Of a DNA stretch of 64,000 nucleotides, positions 57,814-64,000 are shown one piece after another. This stretch comes from a virus. The notes below the pieces were generated by a model. The model worked only from the letters and a program-made list of their open reading frames with translations. It did not search any database and was not told the DNA's origin. The DNA lies in the IMG/VR virus record IMGVR_UViG_3300035183_000096, positions 62,593-126,592 of that record, one strand, 5' to 3'. The position numbers and the translations under genes are program-made. How positions within the stretch are numbered: position 1 is the first letter of the stretch; each line of letters begins with the position of its first letter.

Positions 57814-58942
57814 TCAGATTGAGACACTCCATAACAAACGTAAGCATATGCTTGGTTATCCTATTAACCTAGCTGGTACTCCGGGGCTGAGCGAATACTT
57901 GGCCCCTTATCTTAACTATAGTTTGAATAACTTAGGTGACCCGTTTATTGGCGGAATGTATGGGTTGAATACATTTGAGCAAGAAAAGGATGTAGTGTTG
58001 GCTATGTCCGATTTCTTTCACTTGCCACACGACCTATCTTGGGGTTATATCACTTCATGTGGAAGCGAATCCAACCTACGTGCCCTTTCTCTTGCTAAGC
58101 AGCACTATCCAGATGGAGTTATATACTTCTCGGAGGCTAGCCATTATAGTGTTAAAAATGCTGCACAACTTACTTCACCTTGTAAGTATAGGATAATCAG
58201 GACGTTTAAGAATGATAATGGTGGCAGTGAAGTCATAGACCTGGATGATTTGTATTCAAAGATTGATTTAACTAAACCAGTTATATTATCACTAAACGTA
58301 GGAACAACATTTACACAAGACTTGGACCCGGTTGAGGATATAATTCGTAAACTAAGAAAGCATTTAACAGCAAATATGATGTTTGTGCATATTGACGCAG
58401 CACTCTCTGGTATGATGTTGCCGTTTCTAGGCAGTAACTACAGGTTTGATTTTTCGTTGGATATAGACAGCTTAACAATCTCAGGCCATAAGTTTCTTGG
58501 ATGTCCTATGCCATGTGGCGTGTTTTTATGCAGAAAAAAACATATTCAGAATAACTATATTGACTACATATCGTCAAGTAATAATACCTTGTTTGGTAGT
58601 CGTAATAGCCTTGCTGTCTTAGCATTACACTATATCCTTGGTCACTATGGATGGGATAGATTTTCTAAGCTCGGTAAGGTAGTTGAGCGGTGTTGTAATA
58701 ATACTAATTACCTTAGACAGGGACTTATAAACATAGGCGATGACGTATATAAAGTCAAAGCCCCAGAATTAGCTAATACACTTACGTTTAATATGCCCAG
58801 CCTCAAACTTGTGGAGAAATGGCAACTAGCTACCAAGCCAGACCAGGGCTTAGCTCATGCCATAGTTATGCCTCACGTTAATAAACCTATGATTGATGAG
58901 TTTATTGCAGATATGAAGGAGGATTATAATGGCTATACATAA
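57806..58942 (+). CDS. Group II PLP-dependent decarboxylase (histidine/serine decarboxylase-like)
   Basis: LGYP.N, NNLGDPF, HYSV, HIDAAL and SGHKFLGCPMPCG motifs. Confidence 0.9.
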   Translation: MTNQIETLHNKRKHMLGYPINLAGTPGLSEYLAPYLNYSLNNLGDPFIGGMYGLNTFEQEKDVVLAMSDFFHLPHDLSWGYITSCGSESNLRALSLAKQHYPDGVIYFSEASHYSVKNAAQLTSPCKYRIIRTFKNDNGGSEVIDLDDLYSKIDLTKPVILSLNVGTTFTQDLDPVEDIIRKLRKHLTANMMFVHIDAALSGMMLPFLGSNYRFDFSLDIDSLTISGHKFLGCPMPCGVFLCRKKHIQNNYIDYISSSNNTLFGSRNSLAVLALHYILGHYGWDRFSKLGKVVERCCNNTNYLRQGLINIGDDVYKVKAPELANTLTFNMPSLKLVEKWQLATKPDQGLAHAIVMPHVNKPMIDEFIADMKEDYNGYT

Positions 58943-59435
58943 ACCTAAAGACGACGATGTTAAGTTAGAAATAGGTCATGTTATAAGCTATGATGATGAC
59001 CAATGGGTTGTTGAAGATATTGTATATAAACATGGATGGAAGCCGGATATGAAAACAAAGGTGTGGGGGAGTTGGCTGACGCTTCGTAAGTTAAAAAAGG
59101 ACTTAAGTTATAATCCGAAAGGGTGCGTAACCAATGTATTTCTTGAGGAACTTCAGCAACAAGGGATGCTGCCGATTATCGGAAGAATGCAGAAACTTTT
59201 TATGTGGCCCGAACGCGAAACTGTTATTAACAATGCGCAAATTATTAATGGAACTCAGGTGGGTTGTAGTGGTACTGTTGAAAAAGAAATTTATCACAAA
59301 CGCGAAGAGTCTTCTCCGGTGCCAACTAATGATTACAACCCACTAACGGTCCCGTTAAGCGTACTAAATCCCCTTATTCAATTATCTCCGTTGTCACCAT
59401 TTTACGACACGTTAGAAAGCTACGACTTTAGCTGA
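58929..59435 (+). CDS. Hypothetical protein
   Basis: GGAGG SD, 168 aa. Confidence 0.6.
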   Translation: MAIHKPKDDDVKLEIGHVISYDDDQWVVEDIVYKHGWKPDMKTKVWGSWLTLRKLKKDLSYNPKGCVTNVFLEELQQQGMLPIIGRMQKLFMWPERETVINNAQIINGTQVGCSGTVEKEIYHKREESSPVPTNDYNPLTVPLSVLNPLIQLSPLSPFYDTLESYDFS

Positions 59436-59488
59436 TGTGATTATTCACCTTTCCTTTTGCTTAGTTGTGGATTGCTAGGGTTATTAAC

Positions 59489-59719
59489 ATGGACAAAAAA
59501 TTATTCGATTACATGATTCAGGTTTGGACCAATCCATTCTGGTGGCTTGGTATTGTATTTACGATAGCGATGAGTTTTCCTAGACAATTAGAGGCTGGTA
59601 ATATAATAGGTTTTATTTTTTGGCAAATAGTAGTCTTCATTATCTTCTCAGGTCTGTCTGCCTGGATTATGATGAAGTCAGACGACGATGTGGAGGGCCA
59701 TGATAAGAAAAATGTTTAA
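59489..59719 (+). CDS. Small membrane protein
   Basis: Two TM-like segments. Confidence 0.5.
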   Translation: MDKKLFDYMIQVWTNPFWWLGIVFTIAMSFPRQLEAGNIIGFIFWQIVVFIIFSGLSAWIMMKSDDDVEGHDKKNV

Positions 59720-60527
59720 TACTCAACAAGATATTTTGGGCTATCTGGATAGTATAGGTATTAGGGATGATGAAACTAATCTTATACAATCTCAGGCAAT
59801 TAAAGACAGGATTGCAACTGGTAAATATACTCAGGAAGAGTATGATGCTTTGTCGCCAGATAGTCCTCATAATAGGTTATTTTGGGAAACAATCGACAAC
59901 AATTTTAATCACTCAGTATTAGGCGTTCCGCCTCGTGGTATAAGCAAAGAAAAAATAGATGTTAGTCAAATTAACGCTGACAACCTCTGTCTTGCTTATC
60001 AGACTGGTATAATGAATGTGTTCTTTACTAAAATGGACAGGCTTAGAAGACAGGGCAAGAGCGGCCTGAAAGTTTTGGAGATAGGGCCGGGTTATGGATG
60101 TATTAAAAACCATATTAAAGCTATGTTTGGTCCAGAACTTGAATATGATGGTGTTGATATAGCACCTAAGATTCCGGATATATGGAACACAAATGAGCGA
60201 GGCACTTTACCTGATGAATTGTTGAAAAAGAGAGATTACTTTGACATCGTTGTATCTAGCAACGTATTTCAACATTTAAGTCAACTTCAAATTCAAGAGT
60301 ACATTAACGAGGCTTATCTGGTATTAAGAGAGGGGGGCTATCTAGTCTTCTCTAGTTTGTGTGCATACAGAAAAGGTGATATTATTACTCATTACGGTCA
60401 AGTAACTCATCCATATACAAAGGAAGTTTATATAGGTTTGCTTGAGTTAAGTGGTTTTACCGTATTCTCTGTAACCAGCAGATTGTGCGACAATTTTAAT
60501 ACATTCGTATGTTATAAAGGACGGTAA
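59700..60527 (+). CDS. Class I SAM-dependent methyltransferase
   Basis: VLEIGPGYG, GVDI, FDIVVSSNVFQH and LREGG motifs. Confidence 0.85.
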   Translation: MIRKMFNTQQDILGYLDSIGIRDDETNLIQSQAIKDRIATGKYTQEEYDALSPDSPHNRLFWETIDNNFNHSVLGVPPRGISKEKIDVSQINADNLCLAYQTGIMNVFFTKMDRLRRQGKSGLKVLEIGPGYGCIKNHIKAMFGPELEYDGVDIAPKIPDIWNTNERGTLPDELLKKRDYFDIVVSSNVFQHLSQLQIQEYINEAYLVLREGGYLVFSSLCAYRKGDIITHYGQVTHPYTKEVYIGLLELSGFTVFSVTSRLCDNFNTFVCYKGR

Positions 60528-60547
60528 CATTGCAGAAGGATAATGAT

Positions 60548-61747
60548 ATGAGAATAATTAACTCTGTTAAACTTGATTTTGATAATGTGCTACTTCGCCC
60601 AAAGCGTAGTGACGTAGGTAGCCGTAAAGACGTGGACTTAAAACGCATGTTTACTTTCTTAAACTCAAAGAAAAAATGGGAAGGCGTACCCATTGTAGTT
60701 GCCAATCTTGATACCACAGGCACCTTTGCTATGGCTAAGGTTATGAAGGCTAATAGGGCATTGTGTTGCTTACATAAGTTTTATAAAGATGAAGACTTAG
60801 TTAAGTTCTTTTGGTTTGACGATTATTTTGGTGGTATATATACGTTAGGAGCTAGCGATAAAGAGATAGATAAATGTGTTAAGATTTTCAAAACAGACAT
60901 CAACCAACATAATAAACCAAATTTTCTATGTATGGATGTGGCTAATGGCTATACTCAATACTTTAAGGAACAGTTGCATAAGCTACGGGAGAAATTTAGA
61001 GACACCACTATAATCGCCGGCAATGTGGCAACACCTGAAATGGTAGAGTCCTTACTACTTGAAGGTATAGCCGACATCATTAAGGTTGGTATAGGTCCAG
61101 GTAGTTTATGTAAAACTCGCAAGGTTAGCGGAGTAGGTTATCCTCAACTTTCAGCTATTATAGAGTGTGCTGATGCTGCTCACGGTCTTGGTGGGCATAT
61201 TATGGCAGATGGTGGATGTAAAGACCCAGGAGACGTGGTCAAGGCTTTTGCTGCTGGTGCTGATTTCGTTATGATTGGAGGTATGTTTTGTGGAACATCG
61301 GAATGTGATGGAGAATGGATATATTATGATGATTCTGAAATTCAAAACGTGCCTGATTTAGAAAGCTCTTATGACTGGGAAGACTTTTTAGTAAGTGAGC
61401 GTGATGTACTAACCAATCCAAAAGAATATCTTCATAATGACAATGTTCAACTTGGAACATATGATGTACCTAATCGTAGGTATTTAGCAAGAAGAAAGGT
61501 ATATAAACAACTTAAGAAATCTCTTAAGTGTTATGGCATGTCATCCAAGGAAGCGATGATTAATCACTACGGCAGTATGCCTGATTATAGAACATCTGAG
61601 GGTTTAGTTAAAGAGATTCCGTACAAGGGTCCAGCACAAGATGTTATGAATGAAATACTTGGAGGATTAAGGTCTGCATGTACATATGTGGGGGCAAGAA
61701 GACTGAAAGAATTATCAAAGCGCGCCACATTTATAAGGGTGAGATAA
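60548..61747 (+). CDS. guaC: GMP reductase (type 1) with an insertion
   Basis: [48 protein letters not shown] and [12 protein letters not shown] motifs. Confidence 0.92.
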   Translation: MRIINSVKLDFDNVLLRPKRSDVGSRKDVDLKRMFTFLNSKKKWEGVPIVVANLDTTGTFAMAKVMKANRALCCLHKFYKDEDLVKFFWFDDYFGGIYTLGASDKEIDKCVKIFKTDINQHNKPNFLCMDVANGYTQYFKEQLHKLREKFRDTTIIAGNVATPEMVESLLLEGIADIIKVGIGPGSLCKTRKVSGVGYPQLSAIIECADAAHGLGGHIMADGGCKDPGDVVKAFAAGADFVMIGGMFCGTSECDGEWIYYDDSEIQNVPDLESSYDWEDFLVSERDVLTNPKEYLHNDNVQLGTYDVPNRRYLARRKVYKQLKKSLKCYGMSSKEAMINHYGSMPDYRTSEGLVKEIPYKGPAQDVMNEILGGLRSACTYVGARRLKELSKRATFIRVR

Positions 61748-61778
61748 TATTAGTTATATTATGCTTCACCAAAAGCCC

Positions 61779-61807
61779 TTGACATAAGTTACTCCAGGGG
61801 CTATAAT
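61779..61807 (+). promoter_or_regulatory. Perfect sigma70 consensus promoter
   Basis: TTGACA-N17-TATAAT. Confidence 0.85.
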
Positions 61808-61858
61808 CGGGGTAGAGAGTGAAATTACGTTAAACACAAAATTGAAAGGGGGCACACA

Positions 61859-62167
61859 ATGGCCGACAATCGCGAGAAAGCATTGGCAACAAAGATTGTA
61901 GAAGATTCTAAGGCTGCGTTGGATAAGGCATTAGCTGAAGGCGACTACGCTAGCATTGTTGAGGCTGGCGATGTCTTGTTGGGTGAAGACGACCCTGTTG
62001 CTACTGAGTTGTATGAATTGATTTCAGAAAAAGATGATGAGTTGGATGAGGATGAAGATTGGATTGATGACGAAGATGATAATGACGATGGTTTGGACGA
62101 CGAAGATTTTGATGATGACAGTTGGGATGATTGGGATGATGATAGCGACTTTGAAGAAGCTGCCTAA
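61859..62167 (+). CDS. Extremely acidic small protein
   Basis: C-terminal ~45 residues are mostly D/E; ends in EEAA. Confidence 0.75.
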   Translation: MADNREKALATKIVEDSKAALDKALAEGDYASIVEAGDVLLGEDDPVATELYELISEKDDELDEDEDWIDDEDDNDDGLDDEDFDDDSWDDWDDDSDFEEAA

Positions 62168-62220
62168 CTTAAGTTAGCACACGAATATGTTTTATATCGT
62201 TCGTACTAGTGTGTTGGCTA

Positions 62221-62970
62221 ATGCAAACTAAAAAAATACTCCCTATATTTTTCATTTGTTATCGTGAGGGCGAACTTCATGACTACACATTTAACAGCTA
62301 CATTAGTTATGTGTATGATGAGTTTCCCACCCCTATTATATTTTTTAACTCAAGTAAAGATGAGCAAAAGAATGTTAGTGTGAGAGCTAAATTAAAAGCC
62401 TTGTTTGGTAAACGCACGTATATACTACATGAAAACATAATAGACCACAATTACAACTCTGTACAAGTAGCCAGCATGGATTGTCTGTTGTACGCGCACC
62501 AACAAATTAAGAAGCAGTCATCATGGATAAACTATCTTTTGCTTAGAAAACCAAAAGTGTTTGATGGTGTTATGTTCTGCGAGGATGATATTACCTTCTC
62601 TAATCTTTTTGTTAGAAAGGTGTCTCAGTTTAACTTTTCTGCTAGAACAGCTTTTTTAACAGCTTATCAGCCTGAGTATGGTTATATTTGTAATCCGCAT
62701 GGAGAATTTTCACCAGAAGTTTTTTATGGAACGCAATGCACAATTTTTCCTCTTGACAGCCTGAAGAAGTTGTGCCACAATGCAAAAAGAATAAAGGAAA
62801 TGAAAGAGGTGTATGATAGAGTTTGGGTTAAGTTTTTATCTCATTTCGGCTATCAACCATATGCTTTAGATGGCTCCTATGTTCAGCATAATCAAGTAGC
62901 TTCGCTGCTGGCTGGAAATACCCGTACTCATACGAGTGCGGTTTTCAAATTCAATTGGGAGGAAATATGA
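62221..62970 (+). CDS. Glycosyltransferase-like protein (GT-A)
   Basis: FCEDD DxD-like motif and SYVQH. Confidence 0.6.
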   Translation: MQTKKILPIFFICYREGELHDYTFNSYISYVYDEFPTPIIFFNSSKDEQKNVSVRAKLKALFGKRTYILHENIIDHNYNSVQVASMDCLLYAHQQIKKQSSWINYLLLRKPKVFDGVMFCEDDITFSNLFVRKVSQFNFSARTAFLTAYQPEYGYICNPHGEFSPEVFYGTQCTIFPLDSLKKLCHNAKRIKEMKEVYDRVWVKFLSHFGYQPYALDGSYVQHNQVASLLAGNTRTHTSAVFKFNWEEI

Positions 62971-63206
62971 ACGTTTATCGTAAGTTTAAGGTCAAGGCTA
63001 CCATTCCTTCTGTCGAGGACAAGACTAGAATGGTTGGTTGGACATTCTTTGTCTGGGCTACCAGTATGGAGAGCGCGGAAAGTTTGGCCAATGAACATAT
63101 GCAACAAGTAGTTGGTGGTCCTGGTGGTGTAATTAACTATGTGAGACGGGCCACTCCACGCCCCTTGAAGGGCGGTCTTGGTGGTAGCATAGTTGCCTAT
63201 GGATAA
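62967..63206 (+). CDS. Hypothetical protein
   Basis: GGAGG SD. Confidence 0.55.
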   Translation: MNVYRKFKVKATIPSVEDKTRMVGWTFFVWATSMESAESLANEHMQQVVGGPGGVINYVRRATPRPLKGGLGGSIVAYG

Positions 63207-63221
63207 TGGGAGTGATGAAGT

Positions 63222-63293
63222 GGCCCCATAGTATAATGGATAGAACAACAGTTTCCTAAACTGTGGATAGAGGTTCGATTCCTCTTGGGGCTA
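63222..63293 (+). tRNA. tRNA-Arg(CCU)
   Basis: Acceptor GGCCCCA/TGGGGCT, anticodon arm ACAGT-TTCCTAA-ACTGT, T arm AGAGG-TTCGATT-CCTCT. Confidence 0.9.
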
Positions 63294-63415
63294 CTTATGT
63301 TGGATTTCCTGAAAGGTCAGGTTATAAAAACAGACTTAATCGACGCTTTGTGTTATTCCGCCATCATTGGGGTATTACTCATTATATGGGTATTAACCAA
63401 GATGGGGGAAGTCTA

Positions 63416-63631
63416 ATGACGATATTTGATGAAGAATTTTTTTCTATGATTTTTGAAAAATCTGTTGGCGTCTTTAATCTTAGGTGTATAGTATGTCGCG
63501 GCGAGTTCGAGGCTGACTATGAAAGCGGAAAGAATGTTTATTATAGTATTCGATGCCGCAGAATAGTTCCTCAATGTCCCTGTTGTGGTACAGCTCCAGA
63601 CAGTTTTGACGATGATGAATCGTGTGCTTAA
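63416..63631 (+). CDS. Small Zn-ribbon-like protein
   Basis: CxxC...CPCC; the longer ORF start overlaps the tRNA. Confidence 0.45.
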   Translation: MTIFDEEFFSMIFEKSVGVFNLRCIVCRGEFEADYESGKNVYYSIRCRRIVPQCPCCGTAPDSFDDDESCA

Positions 63632-63654
63632 CTGAAAAAAATCGAAAACGGCTC

Positions 63655-63682
63655 TTGACAACTGAAAAAAAACTGGTAAGAT
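63655..63682 (+). promoter_or_regulatory. Sigma70-type promoter for the tRNA pair
   Basis: TTGACA-N16-TAAGAT with a TG extension, similar to the 39868 promoter. Confidence 0.6.
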
Positions 63683-63709
63683 TGGAAGTGTAAGGGCGAA
63701 ACGAAAAAT

Positions 63710-63778
63710 GGCCCGTCCGATGGATTCGGAGGTCGGTCTTCTAAACCAACTAAAGGGGTTCGATTCCTCTACGGGCTA
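63710..63778 (+). tRNA. tRNA-Arg(UCU), atypical D arm
   Basis: Acceptor GGCCCGT/ACGGGCT, anticodon loop CTTCTAA, T arm AGGGG-TTCGATT-CCTCT. Confidence 0.75.
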
Positions 63779-63800
63779 TTCGGCTCCTGTATCTGTAACT

Positions 63801-63869
63801 TACGGGTGGGCCAGCCGCTCAACTTAGGCTCATAACCTTTGTGACTAGGGGCAGCACCTAGACCCGTAA
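63801..63869 (+). tRNA. tRNA-Met(CAU)-like, degenerate
   Basis: Acceptor TACGGGT/ACCCGTA, anticodon loop CTCATAA, T arm CTAGG-GGCAGCA-CCTAG; short D arm. Confidence 0.6.
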
Positions 63870-63882
63870 CTTCGGAGGATTT

Positions 63883-64000
63883 ATGTATGTTAAGTTTGCA
63901 AAGCCGGGTGAGCCGGTTTACTTAGTGATTAAACGCTGGGATATGCGACCGAAGGTTATCAAAGTTGACCAAAATAACCTTGCGGAAGCTACGAGAAACT
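63883..64000 (+). CDS. Hypothetical protein (partial)
   Basis: GGAGG SD and ATG (MYVKFAKPGEPV...), open to the window end. Confidence 0.5.
   Translation, partial: MYVKFAKPGEPVYLVIKRWDMRPKVIKVDQNNLAEATRN

Noticed and set aside
61300-61540. Mini-intein in GuaC
   Set aside because: No N-terminal Cys/Ser block, and the HN is followed by Asp rather than C/S/T
1-64000. Stop-codon reassignment
   Set aside because: Long genes are intact under code 11, TAG, TGA and TAA all terminate genes, and no suppressor tRNA was found (the UAG and UAA anticodons read Leu codons)

Overview
Segment of a large tailed dsDNA phage genome (siphovirus-like: no sheath gene seen, ~2700-aa tape measure), standard genetic code. 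Left half (1-33.9 kb, minus strand) is a late/virion module: sigma-like factor, probable TerS, GDP-mannose dehydratase, ERCC4 nuclease, TerL, portal, protease/scaffold, capsid, neck, tail tube, chaperones, tape measure, LamG and distal tail proteins. Right half (34.4-64 kb, plus strand) is an early/accessory region with sigma70-type promoters, five tRNAs, two RNA ligases, a sugar-modification cluster, rIIA/rIIB, a PLP decarboxylase and GMP reductase. The most striking feature is at 34.5-37.2 kb: tandem 'ORF - twister ribozyme - ORF - terminator' cassettes. There are two complete twister ribozymes with compensatory base changes and one truncated copy, in a genome that also encodes RNA end-healing and ligating enzymes. 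Several other intergenic regions (40.15-40.4, 46.74-47.1, 51.7-51.86 kb) look like unassigned structured RNAs. All protein calls come from motif recognition and synteny, not database searches.
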